Origin: Terrimicrobiaceae bacterium
Lineage (GTDB): Bacteria > Verrucomicrobiota > Verrucomicrobiia > Chthoniobacterales > Terrimicrobiaceae
Length of the DNA: 64,000 nucleotides
Assembly: GCA_041749815.1 (NCBI GenBank)
Contig: JBGTAR010000117.1
Location: 5,559-69,558 of the forward strand
Direction of reading: 5' to 3'
The first letter of the stretch is position 1, and each line of letters opens with the position of its first letter. The notes beneath the pieces were generated by a model. That model had not been told where the DNA came from. It saw only the letters and a program-made list of their open reading frames with translations, and did no database searches. Positions 45,165 to 54,764 of this stretch are shown piece by piece. The translations under genes were made by a program, and so were the position numbers.

Positions 45165-46211
45165 TTAAGGCAGATGGAGTGACCACACATCGTTGTGCAA
45201 TTCTTTGCCGTCAAAACCCCCCATGATCCAAATCTTGTCGTCCTGCACGTAAGCTGACATTTCATGCCTCGGACCCCAGATGACATCAAATGATGCTTGT
45301 GTCCAGGTGGCCCCGTCAGTGGAAGTCCAAACGTCGTTGAGATTGCCCTTCCCGTCCTTCAACGTATAACCGCCCAGCAGCCACATCTTGTCGCGATAAA
45401 CCACGGCGGAAGCCCAAATTCGTGGGAGCCAAGGAGCCTCGGAGGTTTCTTTCCGCCAATTCACCCCATCGGAGGAGGACCAAACGTCATTAAACTCCTG
45501 AGGTTGGGGTTGGTAGTTCCCACCTCCAAAAATATAAATTCGGCCATTGTAGGATAGTGCGTTATGAAAGGCTCGGGGTGCCCAACCGGCATCTGATGTG
45601 GCCTGTATCCATTTCTGACCATCTTCGGAATACCAAACATCATTACGCAAATGTTGAGGCGTCCCGTCAAGGTAGCGTTCCAAGCCGCCTAGAACCCACA
45701 TTTTGCCGTCGTGTTCGACAATTCCAGCGGCCAACCGCGGGCTCCAGCCAGCAGGTCCTTCGTTCGTCCACTCAACTCCATCGGTGGAAGACCAAACCAA
45801 GTTGCTTGCCGTCGCGTTAGGCAAACGGCCTAAATCATATCCGCCCATCATCCACATGCGATTTTTGAATGTGATACTCATGGGCAAGTCGCTGTGCGCC
45901 CAAGGCGCCTCGGGCTGCACTTCAGTCCATGTCATCCCGTCAGCCGATGTCCAAACGTCCTGCAAGGCAGGCACGTGCGAACTGATCCAGCCCCCAAAAA
46001 TCCAGAGTTTGCCATCATAAACCGTCTCCCCCGCCGAATCCCGTCCGCACCACGATGCGTTGCCTACGGGAACCCAATTTGCCTTCCCCGAAGCCAAAGC
46101 GCCGGGGGTTGTTTCTCCCATAGTTTCAGCGCGTAATGGGGCGAAGACAAGGAGGCTTAATGAAAAAAGAGTCAGGGTCAGACAAAACCAGCGGGATTCT
46201 AATAAAAACAC
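45165..46211 (-). CDS. Secreted six-bladed beta-propeller protein (Kelch-like/Asp-box-like repeats)
   Basis: Signal peptide MFLLESRWFCLTLTLFSLSLLVFAPLRA. Repeats TSADGMTW, SSTDGVEW, YSEDGQKW, SSSDGVNW and TSTDGATW. Confidence 0.75.
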   Translation of the reverse strand: MFLLESRWFCLTLTLFSLSLLVFAPLRAETMGETTPGALASGKANWVPVGNASWCGRDSAGETVYDGKLWIFGGWISSHVPALQDVWTSADGMTWTEVQPEAPWAHSDLPMSITFKNRMWMMGGYDLGRLPNATASNLVWSSTDGVEWTNEGPAGWSPRLAAGIVEHDGKMWVLGGLERYLDGTPQHLRNDVWYSEDGQKWIQATSDAGWAPRAFHNALSYNGRIYIFGGGNYQPQPQEFNDVWSSSDGVNWRKETSEAPWLPRIWASAVVYRDKMWLLGGYTLKDGKGNLNDVWTSTDGATWTQASFDVIWGPRHEMSAYVQDDKIWIMGGFDGKELHNDVWSLHLP

Positions 46212-46382
46212 TCTGGAACGTTATCATCGCAATCCGATTTGAATAGCTTTTACTTTTGGTGCTGAGCAAAAAACCATCAATCACATACCACGGGGATCGT
46301 CTCATTCTTAACGTCGAGAAAGAGGATGTGGCAATTCAAGAACAAGCAACATGTGGCTGGAGTTAATATCTTGGAAGCTTTG

Positions 46383-47204
46383 CTAGAATGGGTTCACTTT
46401 GCAGCGTTTCCGATATTCTCCCGGCGGCATTCCGATTTTTCGGGCAAACCATTTCGTAAAAAAGTAGGGGTCCGCAAATCCCAATTCGTCTGCGATGGTG
46501 GAAATCTTGTAATTAGTGCCCCTGAGGTACTCTTCCGCTTTGGCCAGACGAAGACCAAGCCAATACGCTTTCGGCGATAGTCCACGGGATTTCCGGAAAC
46601 GTCGGTTCATTTGGCTGACACTTAAATGAGTTGCAGCAGCAAGCGCGCTTGCATCAAAGTCTTTGCCTAGGTTCTCAATTCGCTTTGCCAAAACCGTCAT
46701 GGAGTGATCCTCCGAAGGGCTATGAGGAACGGTCTTTGAAAAAACCATCCAATATTTTGCAATTAACGGTAGAACCACCGCTCCCCAGCGGAGAGTGTAG
46801 GCCGGATCGGCTTGTGAAAGTTGGAACGCATTTATCAAACTGGCCTTAATGCGTCGGAATTCTTCAGGATAGAATATCACCGGCAAATTGTAGCAGGCAT
46901 CAATGGGGTGCCCGCTTGAAAGCGTGAGACTGTAGTGAATATTGAGCATCTCCCAAGGTATCCCGGCGATCTTCGTAAAGGTCCCCAGGGTGAAGGGAGG
47001 CAAAGCAATAACCGACCCCGGGGTGGCCTCATACATTTTACCGCCAAGCTGCAGCCAGCCCTGGCCGCGCAGAGTGTGAACCAGATGATGGTCACAGTTA
47101 TATTGAGGCACGGACAGCCTTTGCTCGCTGCCATGTCGAACCGACAGCAACGAAATCAGATCAAAGCGTAAAATGGGAGGTGGTGGCATGCGTGAAAACA
47201 ACAA
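46383..47204 (-). CDS. AraC/XylS-family transcriptional regulator (cupin-like sensor + double HTH)
   Basis: C-terminal LSVSQMNRRFRKSRGLSPKAYWLGLRLAKAEEYL...ISTIADELGFADPYFFTKWFARKIGMPPGEYR. Confidence 0.85.
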   Translation of the reverse strand: MLFSRMPPPPILRFDLISLLSVRHGSEQRLSVPQYNCDHHLVHTLRGQGWLQLGGKMYEATPGSVIALPPFTLGTFTKIAGIPWEMLNIHYSLTLSSGHPIDACYNLPVIFYPEEFRRIKASLINAFQLSQADPAYTLRWGAVVLPLIAKYWMVFSKTVPHSPSEDHSMTVLAKRIENLGKDFDASALAAATHLSVSQMNRRFRKSRGLSPKAYWLGLRLAKAEEYLRGTNYKISTIADELGFADPYFFTKWFARKIGMPPGEYRKRCKVNPF

Positions 47205-47308
47205 ATGGATGCGCTTCTACTCCATTGTAAAGAAGCTATTCTCCATGTAGGAGTGTTTTATCAGCCACCAGTTTCGGCAACGACGTCGCAAACAGGAGTG
47301 CAGATACT

Positions 47309-48961
47309 ATGAGCTCAGATATACAGTCTCACGATCCAGTTTTATATTTTGACGCCTTGACCAGGGTCGGCCCCCGAGCAAATAAACACGCGGCCCATCC
47401 ATGGAGACTAGAGGAACTAGAGCGTGAATTGGCACATTGCTCCATCTCAGGAGCTTTGGTTCTGTCAACAATGTGTGTCAACTACGATGCGATGCACGAA
47501 AACCTCCGGTTGGTCAGGAGCTTGGAAAGCACGCCGCAGTTTGCTCCGGCGTGGAACGTGATGCCCGAGGGGGACGAATTTCCAGACGTGGGAACATTGC
47601 TATCGAAAATGCGGGAAAGCGGTGTCTCCGCAGTTCATGTTCATCCCTTGACAAATGGATGGGAGCTTTATTCACGAGAATCGCATCGCCTTTTCAACGG
47701 ACTTGCCGGGGCAGCGGTTCCGACCTTTTTTTCCCGCTCCGAGTTTGCTACATACCGCGATCTTGAGGAAATTCTCGATAACTTTCCCACCCTTCCAGTG
47801 GTCCTCACGGGAGCGCATTGGGAAGAGCAGCGCAAGGTCCTCCCATTGGTCCGTGCCCACAGAAACCTGCACCTGACTTTTGATCTGTTTCAAATCCACT
47901 ATGGTTTGGAGGAATTGGTTGGCGAAGGTTTGGAGAATCAGTTAATTTTTGGAAGCAACGCACCCCAGATGTCAGCTGGTGCCCACCGTGCCTTTGTGGA
48001 TCTCGCAACAGTCCCGACTCAGGCTAAGCAAAAAATCGCAGGAGGCAACATACTCCGACTCCTTAGGCGAGAAGCTCCTCCCGCAGCAGACAATCATAAT
48101 GAGGATGTATTTATGAAGGCCGTCCGAGAGGGATTGCCTTTGCCGATTCCGTTCCTTGACATGCACATGCACATCCTTGATGAGGGGCTGCACGGGGCTG
48201 GGGGGTCGTTTCGAATGCACCGGGGGGGTCCTCTCGGTGTTCATGCTATGCTTCAGCGTATCGGTTGCTCAGGTGGCGGTTTCATGAGCTGGAATGGGAC
48301 GGTCGGCTGCGACATCTTAGAAGGAAATCGCTGCACTCGTGCTGCTCTTGATGCCAGTCCCCCGGGTTTCTGGGGACTGGCCTCTTTCTCTCCAACTCAC
48401 TTCTCGGAGTCAGAGATGGAAACCCAGATTCGGTCAGTTTATTCCGACTCGCGCTTTATTGGCATGAAGCCTTACGTTCGATTTGGAGTGGAATACAGCG
48501 ATCCCTGCTACGCGCCTTGGTGGGCCTATGGGAACGAACAAGGATTTTACGCAGGCATTCACCGTGTGAGATCCGATTTTAAAGAGATCGATTTTCTTGC
48601 TGAAAAATATCCTAATGTTAGGTGGGTCGTCTATCATTGCGGTGAAAGTTATGCGGTAGCAGATATGGCTATCGATTCTATCATGAAGCATGCGAATGTT
48701 TATGCGGAAATCACACTCACTCCGGTTCCCTGTGGGATTATCGACTACTTGGTGACCCACCTAGGAGCAGATCGGGTAACCTATGGCAGCGACCTGCCCA
48801 TGCGTGACCCTCGCCAACAGCTTGGTTGGGTGGTTTTTTCAAGACTTACAGAGGAAGAGAAAAGAAAAGTCTTGCGAGAAACGGCGTTAAAGATCATCGC
48901 CCCGTCTTTCGATAAGCTACCAAAGGCAACACGACAGCATTTCCAAAATCACAAATTATGA
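47309..48961 (+). CDS. Tandem amidohydrolase_2-like protein (degenerate N-terminal copy + intact C-terminal copy)
   Basis: The second half has FLDMHMH (HxH), VVYHCGES and YGSDLP. The first half is collinear (LIFGSNAP in place of YGSDLP) but has YFDALT where HxH should be. Confidence 0.65.
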   Translation: MSSDIQSHDPVLYFDALTRVGPRANKHAAHPWRLEELERELAHCSISGALVLSTMCVNYDAMHENLRLVRSLESTPQFAPAWNVMPEGDEFPDVGTLLSKMRESGVSAVHVHPLTNGWELYSRESHRLFNGLAGAAVPTFFSRSEFATYRDLEEILDNFPTLPVVLTGAHWEEQRKVLPLVRAHRNLHLTFDLFQIHYGLEELVGEGLENQLIFGSNAPQMSAGAHRAFVDLATVPTQAKQKIAGGNILRLLRREAPPAADNHNEDVFMKAVREGLPLPIPFLDMHMHILDEGLHGAGGSFRMHRGGPLGVHAMLQRIGCSGGGFMSWNGTVGCDILEGNRCTRAALDASPPGFWGLASFSPTHFSESEMETQIRSVYSDSRFIGMKPYVRFGVEYSDPCYAPWWAYGNEQGFYAGIHRVRSDFKEIDFLAEKYPNVRWVVYHCGESYAVADMAIDSIMKHANVYAEITLTPVPCGIIDYLVTHLGADRVTYGSDLPMRDPRQQLGWVVFSRLTEEEKRKVLRETALKIIAPSFDKLPKATRQHFQNHKL

Positions 48962-51132
48962 GCACTTCAACTGAAATTGGCATCCGGCTAGACGAGGCTC
49001 TTACGAGGTGGGTGATCGGCTTAGAGCAGATCCTTTACCCCGTAGGATTCGGTGATTATTATACCCTCACTCCGATCCGAACGGACCGGGACGTGCCTTT
49101 CGATGCCGTGGCCGGAGATCAATTTGCTGCGACGGCTGTGGCTTATTGGATGCACCGCAAGAACAAGACATTGCAGCATGGATGCAAGCTCTCTGGTCTC
49201 GTTCGATACAGCTTGGTCACTCACGTGTGCAACTCGCCGGGCACTGAATTTCCCGCCGGCTCGATTTGGGGAGCAACCATGAGCGACGGCAACGACTGGC
49301 ACGCAAACCTGTTTCCCTCAATCTCCGGAGCGTTAATGTGGGATGGCCTGGACCCAAACCACCGTGCAATGCTGGAACGCATCCTCATATGGGAAGCCGA
49401 CTTCCACAGCAATCTGCCGCCGGGTGCCATCAGTTCCTACCCTTACAACAACCGTAGGGAGCCCGGCTTTTATGGACGAGATTCAAATGGAGAATCAATG
49501 GCGTGGGCTACAACTCTTCTTGTGGCTGCCAGGTGGCGGACTCCAGAGAATCCTAATCACAGCGACTGGACGGAATCGGCCATTGCACATGCGATTAACG
49601 CAACCGGCATACCGGAGGATCGCACTAGTTCACAGACCATAAACGGACGTCCACTGGCTGATTGGCACTGTGGAGCAAATTTCACGTCGGCATTCCTTCA
49701 GTCGCACCACTATTTCCTGCATCCCGGTTACATGGCTTGGCCGCTGGCTTCACTGGCTTTAGCCCAGCTTATGGACCGGGCATCCTCAAACGAACCCGGG
49801 GTTGGTGAAGCATGTCTTCTTCACTGGCAGGAGATTTATGCTCGTTTGATGCAACTTTGCCTGCACAACGGTCGGCTGATTTATCCTTCGGGGTATGATT
49901 GGAACCTTTACGGATATGGCAACACCCGCCTGCTTTCCGCTTCGATCTTTGCCGCGGGACATTTCCAGGATGTCAATGCTTCACGGTTTGCAGTAGAGTA
50001 TTTAGGGTTGATCGAAAGCCAGCAAAGCCGCAATGGCGGCTTGGTCCAAGCCGACCGCATGGTGACACAGCGAGTCCTTTTTCCTAATCGGTATGCCTGG
50101 TACGAGGGGATTGAAGGCCTCACCCTCGCCGAATCTCTCTGGATGCTTGAGCGGCTTCCAGATTTGCCACTAGCGGCTGACGAAGAGGAATTCCACGCAT
50201 CCACTGCTGGCGATGTATTGGATGAAGATACCTCCGTTGTCTGGCACCGGGATACCAAAGCATTTGTTTCTTTCTCGTGGAACACCTATCGAGGCGGTGG
50301 CCAATTCCTTTTTGTTCCGCTTCGCGACCCTCACCTTCTGAAATGGAATGCTCAAGCCACCGGGCGGCTCGCTGTTCGCGGTGCCGCTCAAGACATCGAA
50401 CCCTGGTTTTATTGGGGCAACCCAAAAGAATCGATCTGGCCCAAAGAATTCCTCCGCAATCTGCAGTGGCGCAAAATTAAGTCCTTTGATGGAGGTGGGT
50501 TCCTATTTCAAGCGCTGTTTCACTTGGGTGCATGGGAGAATAAGCGCAATATGCGTCCCCTTGTCCGGCAATGGCTGACCATCGTTTGCATGCCGGGGCA
50601 TCCGGTCGTTTTTGTGGATCGGTGTATGGCGTTCCAGGAAATCGAAGTTGATGATAATTTGAGCCTTCAAATTCGGCTGGCCGCTGATTATTTCAACGGG
50701 AATGAACTCCATCTCGTGACAGGCTCTACCAAGCGCTGCTTTCCACAGGCTGAGGAGGACACTTGGCACAGCTTGGGCCGAGGACCTATCACCGTCAATA
50801 AATCGCTGAGGATTGTTCCCCTGGCAGGAGACGGGGAATTCCATCTTATGCAAAAATCTCGGCGCCAACCGGAAATTCCGCGCATGATTTATGGCGAATT
50901 GTCCCAAGCGGCAGAGGAATCGCTCGTTGCCCACGAGCTCTATTGGGGGGACCGGACGTCCCGCTTGATCGCAGAAGGAACAGAGTTCCAATGCAATGTT
51001 CTGGCTCTTGCCGTCCAAGATGAAAACCAAGAAATCAGCCGAGCGCTTCCTTTGGTCCAAATGGAGAGAGACCATATCCGGTTGGGGTTTGCAGATGAGG
51101 ACGAACTGATCCTCCCCCACTCTCCAGATTAA
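48958..51132 (+). CDS. 724-aa cytoplasmic hypothetical protein (alpha-toroid + beta-sandwich architecture suspected)
   Basis: A long ORF with coding-like composition and an ATGA overlap with the amidohydrolase gene. No signal peptide and no motif I can assign with confidence. Confidence 0.55.
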   Translation: MSTSTEIGIRLDEALTRWVIGLEQILYPVGFGDYYTLTPIRTDRDVPFDAVAGDQFAATAVAYWMHRKNKTLQHGCKLSGLVRYSLVTHVCNSPGTEFPAGSIWGATMSDGNDWHANLFPSISGALMWDGLDPNHRAMLERILIWEADFHSNLPPGAISSYPYNNRREPGFYGRDSNGESMAWATTLLVAARWRTPENPNHSDWTESAIAHAINATGIPEDRTSSQTINGRPLADWHCGANFTSAFLQSHHYFLHPGYMAWPLASLALAQLMDRASSNEPGVGEACLLHWQEIYARLMQLCLHNGRLIYPSGYDWNLYGYGNTRLLSASIFAAGHFQDVNASRFAVEYLGLIESQQSRNGGLVQADRMVTQRVLFPNRYAWYEGIEGLTLAESLWMLERLPDLPLAADEEEFHASTAGDVLDEDTSVVWHRDTKAFVSFSWNTYRGGGQFLFVPLRDPHLLKWNAQATGRLAVRGAAQDIEPWFYWGNPKESIWPKEFLRNLQWRKIKSFDGGGFLFQALFHLGAWENKRNMRPLVRQWLTIVCMPGHPVVFVDRCMAFQEIEVDDNLSLQIRLAADYFNGNELHLVTGSTKRCFPQAEEDTWHSLGRGPITVNKSLRIVPLAGDGEFHLMQKSRRQPEIPRMIYGELSQAAEESLVAHELYWGDRTSRLIAEGTEFQCNVLALAVQDENQEISRALPLVQMERDHIRLGFADEDELILPHSPD

Positions 51133-51223
51133 GCCGCTATCAATCTGATTAAGACAGCGATTGGGAAGAAAGCCAACCGCGAGTCCCACTCACTTGCGTG
51201 CTCGTGGTTGTTTTATTGAACGC

Positions 51224-52288
51224 TCATGCTGGTCCTGCCGAAGCGGTCGCAAGGTGGTGGGCGAAAAAATTCCGGGAAGCGTTACCTCCCCAGGCGTGCC
51301 CACCGGGGAAAAAATCGAGCATGAGCCGATCGCTGGCTCCAGCAGCTTCATAGATCGCCTTGACCTGCCGGAAACACTCCATGGCGTTATCGATGTGGAA
51401 GCAGGTATCCTGTGCACCAATATCTATAAGCAAAGGAAGCGGGGCCAGCAGGCCCTGAAGGTCCGGGAGATCTACCAATTTAAGAAGGCCGGGAGCCACT
51501 TGCATGCCGCAATAATTCAGGTCACGAATACCAAAGCGTTCCCACAGGTCGCTGTAGCAAATGATCTCCACGGCTCGGAAGCGTTTATCGGTAAGAGCGC
51601 TCCAAAGAGCCATGGTGCCGCCCCCGCTCAGTCCCATCACTCCAAGTCGCGATGCGTCCACCTCCGGCAGGGAGCAGACAAAATCCGTGGCCGCCCGCCC
51701 GTGCGCAAGGTTGATAGAAAGGCTGGTCATGCCAAGCATGGTTGCATGCAAATAGTAGATATTGCACCAATCGCGTCCATGATCGTGATTAAAGAAGTGT
51801 GGTTTCGCATTGTCGTTGCGCTCTCCGCAGCCAATCCAGTCAATGGCAAAGGTCGCGAAACCTGCTACTGCCATTTGGTGGCCGTAATCGTAGTTGTAAA
51901 TTCTGATCTGGTCTCGCACAGCTTCGTTTGAAGCATTTCCCATGACGGTGTCCTTGCCGTGTTCCCCGTGACCGTGCCAGCAAAGCAGCCCAGGCTGCGG
52001 ACCTTCAACATTTTCAGCGAAGTTGACTTGCAGCGCTGCGGAAATATGCGGCGCCACATCAATCAGATAGCGTCTTTTGCGTACCCCCCTGTCAATCCAT
52101 TCCGCGACAAGGTCGGCGTCAGCATCCACGCGGTCAGGCCATTGCCCCAGCGTCTGCAAGACTCCAGGCATGGCTGCGGCCTTCCAGTCTGTAAAATTGA
52201 CGCCGCAATCAGGGAAATGCAACTGAGGAAATCCCTGACCTGCAATCTCCATAAACATTTTAAGGGGGCTGAGATTCCTGCTTTTCAT
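51224..52288 (-). CDS. Alpha/beta-hydrolase, acetyl-esterase/dienelactone-hydrolase-like
   Basis: Nucleophile elbow VMGLSGGGTMA (G-x-S-x-G) and a C-terminal GGHAWG histidine region. No signal peptide. Confidence 0.65.
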   Translation of the reverse strand: MKSRNLSPLKMFMEIAGQGFPQLHFPDCGVNFTDWKAAAMPGVLQTLGQWPDRVDADADLVAEWIDRGVRKRRYLIDVAPHISAALQVNFAENVEGPQPGLLCWHGHGEHGKDTVMGNASNEAVRDQIRIYNYDYGHQMAVAGFATFAIDWIGCGERNDNAKPHFFNHDHGRDWCNIYYLHATMLGMTSLSINLAHGRAATDFVCSLPEVDASRLGVMGLSGGGTMALWSALTDKRFRAVEIICYSDLWERFGIRDLNYCGMQVAPGLLKLVDLPDLQGLLAPLPLLIDIGAQDTCFHIDNAMECFRQVKAIYEAAGASDRLMLDFFPGGHAWGGNASRNFFAHHLATASAGPA

Positions 52289-52442
52289 TGGTGTTTTGCG
52301 GCTTGCATGCCAGATGCAACACGTGTCAGATTATGTAACAATAATGGAATTGGGAATTTTTATTTCGGCCTGCATTGCACTATGAAAGAACCTTTTTCTG
52401 CCCGTCATGTAGCGTCCAATATGTGGTAGTGAGATTTGGGGG

Positions 52443-53540
52443 TCAGCCGGAAGTGGTAAAGGAGCGAGCTCCGCAGGAGGAGCGAATAATCAGTTCGCAA
52501 GGAAACTTGATGGGAGCGGAGGGAATGCGTCGACCCTGGATTTTTTTCAGCACAAGTTCGACAGCCCGCTCCGCCATGGCCCGGCTGGGCTGGGCCACGG
52601 TGGTCAGGGGCACATCGAGATAGGAGCAAACCGCAGTGTTGTCGAAACCCGTGACCGCTACATCGCGGGGCACTTTGAGCTTGGTTTCACGTAAGGCGGA
52701 GAGAGCACCTATGGCCCAGTCGTCATTGCCGCAAATAATCGCATCAGGCAGCGGGTGTTGTGCGAGAAGATCCAGTGTCGCCTCCCGAGATTGTCGAAAT
52801 GGATCGAAGCGGTCCGAAACAAATTCCAATCCGGCTATCACTCCCTGGATACCACTACGCGTTGAGAGGAACCGATCCGTCTCCCGTCCCTTTGCTGCAG
52901 CCAGCGCATTCTTAAAGCCCTTGAGGCGCTCGACACCGGCCCAGATATAAGCCCCCTGCTGAATGTGATGGGTCAGTGAGAACAGCAGCAAGAGCCGTTT
53001 GCGGCCAAGAGTGATGAGATGCCGGGTTAGTCGTTCAAAGGCATCCTGAGCATCGGCTCGAATTTGAGGGGTTCCGGGAAGTTCATTGCCACTAAGGGTA
53101 ACAATGGGGATCCTGGCCGACTGGAAAATTTTCAGTTCGATCACGCTGAGTGGATCGTTTAATCCGGCGACGATCACACCCTCAACCCGTGCGTCCATCA
53201 TGGCCTCGCAACCGGCTTTCACACCCCCCGGAGACCAGGAAGCGTCATTGGCCAGGACTTGATAGCCCGCTTCCTTGATCGCGTGAGAGGCATGCCAGAC
53301 GCGCTCGGCGGCAACCTGAGCAAGGCCGCCAAAGTGGAAAATCCCGATCAATCCGCTTTTACCTGCCCGCATAATCTGTGCGTAACGATGCGGTCGGTAG
53401 TTCATATTTTTTGCCTCGCGCAGAACAAGATTCTTAGTTGCGGTCCGCAGTTTTACCGTGGAATGCGGGTTTAGGACGGCGGCCACTGTCGAGCGCGATA
53501 GCCCGAGTTTTTTGGCAATTTGAGCTTGGGTGGTGGCCAT
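52443..53540 (-). CDS. LacI-family transcriptional regulator
   Basis: I place the start at MATTQAQIAKKLGLSRSTVAAVLN (HTH). YRPHRYAQ hinge, then a PBP1 effector domain. Downstream of nagA on the same strand. Confidence 0.85.
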   Translation of the reverse strand: MATTQAQIAKKLGLSRSTVAAVLNPHSTVKLRTATKNLVLREAKNMNYRPHRYAQIMRAGKSGLIGIFHFGGLAQVAAERVWHASHAIKEAGYQVLANDASWSPGGVKAGCEAMMDARVEGVIVAGLNDPLSVIELKIFQSARIPIVTLSGNELPGTPQIRADAQDAFERLTRHLITLGRKRLLLLFSLTHHIQQGAYIWAGVERLKGFKNALAAAKGRETDRFLSTRSGIQGVIAGLEFVSDRFDPFRQSREATLDLLAQHPLPDAIICGNDDWAIGALSALRETKLKVPRDVAVTGFDNTAVCSYLDVPLTTVAQPSRAMAERAVELVLKKIQGRRIPSAPIKFPCELIIRSSCGARSFTTSG

Positions 53541-53585
53541 GTGATAGCGAAAATAATGAACGCCCGGTCGCAGAAAAACAATCAA

Positions 53586-54716
53586 CTAACTTTCCCTGAG
53601 CAGACAGAAACCCGCGGGCGAGCCGGGGGCGAGTTCACCTGGAAGACTCATTACCTGGGCAGGTTGAGTGGAAAAATAGTCCCACACTTTCTGCCAAGGC
53701 AGACCGAGCATACGCGAGCCGCGTCGAATGCCTTCAATAGGCTCCAACGCAGAACCTGCGAAACTGTTGGTCTTGGGATTCCGAGCCACCCGATCCGGCC
53801 CCACATCAAACTCGATTTCTCCAAGGGAATATCGGCCATTCGGAGCGCCAGCCGCTGCAATGGCATCGGTGGTCCAATAAACGCGGGAGGGCCCAAGCGC
53901 CCGATGAAGGAGACGGAACAACGATGGCGAAACATGATCGCCGTCGGGGATAATTCCAGCCGTGAGTTTTGTCTCGTCCAGCACACGCCAAAGGATGTTG
54001 TCATGCCTGTCGAGCTTTTGCGGGCAACCGTTTCCCAAATGGGTGAAGACACGGCCGCCCGCTTCGATAGCAGCGTGCAATTGAGCGGCGCTCGCGTCAG
54101 TGTGACCAAAGCTAACCACAAAACCGCAACCCACCGCCCCAGCAATCGCCTCGACGGAGTTTTTTCGTTCGGGCGCGAATGTCATGATGACGGGATCATT
54201 TTCCACAATGGTTTTTAAGTCCCGTATCTGTTCCGGTGAGGGATCGCTCATCCACCGGGGCTCATGCGCCCCGCTGAAACCAGGTTGGTCGGAAAGAAAT
54301 GGCCCCTCGAAGTGCCATCCTGGGAAGGCGCGAACTAGGTCCGCGTCTCCCTGCACGACTTCCCGCAGGCGGGCGACTTTTTGAAGCATATGATCCCATG
54401 GACAGGTGATGAGTGTGAGCAGGGCGCGCTGGCAGCCATCGGAATGCAAAGCCTGGGCGGCCCGGCGAAGGGCCTCCCTATTGCATTCCTTTTGAAAGTC
54501 CGTTCCGGCATAACCGTTGACCTGAAGGTCGAACAGGGCAGGCGCGATCCATAGGTCTGTATCCGCTTCTGTCAGGGCCGGATCAAGTTTAATCAGACCG
54601 GTCGAATCCCATACGGCTACCCAGGAAGAACCGTCACGATAGTGACGCACTATCGCCGTCCCCTCCGGCGATGACGGGATGATCCAGGGATGTTTTTTTT
54701 CGCTTGAGTCCGACAT
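53586..54716 (-). CDS. nagA: N-acetylglucosamine-6-phosphate deacetylase
   Basis: FDLQVNGYAGTDF (the QxN variant, as in E. coli NagA), SFGHTDAS, FTHLGNG and IIPDGDHV. Confidence 0.85.
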   Translation of the reverse strand: MSDSSEKKHPWIIPSSPEGTAIVRHYRDGSSWVAVWDSTGLIKLDPALTEADTDLWIAPALFDLQVNGYAGTDFQKECNREALRRAAQALHSDGCQRALLTLITCPWDHMLQKVARLREVVQGDADLVRAFPGWHFEGPFLSDQPGFSGAHEPRWMSDPSPEQIRDLKTIVENDPVIMTFAPERKNSVEAIAGAVGCGFVVSFGHTDASAAQLHAAIEAGGRVFTHLGNGCPQKLDRHDNILWRVLDETKLTAGIIPDGDHVSPSLFRLLHRALGPSRVYWTTDAIAAAGAPNGRYSLGEIEFDVGPDRVARNPKTNSFAGSALEPIEGIRRGSRMLGLPWQKVWDYFSTQPAQVMSLPGELAPGSPAGFCLLRES

Positions 54717-54764
54717 GAGATCGCGATAACTATCACGTGCTATTTTTTTAGAAAGAAAATCTTT

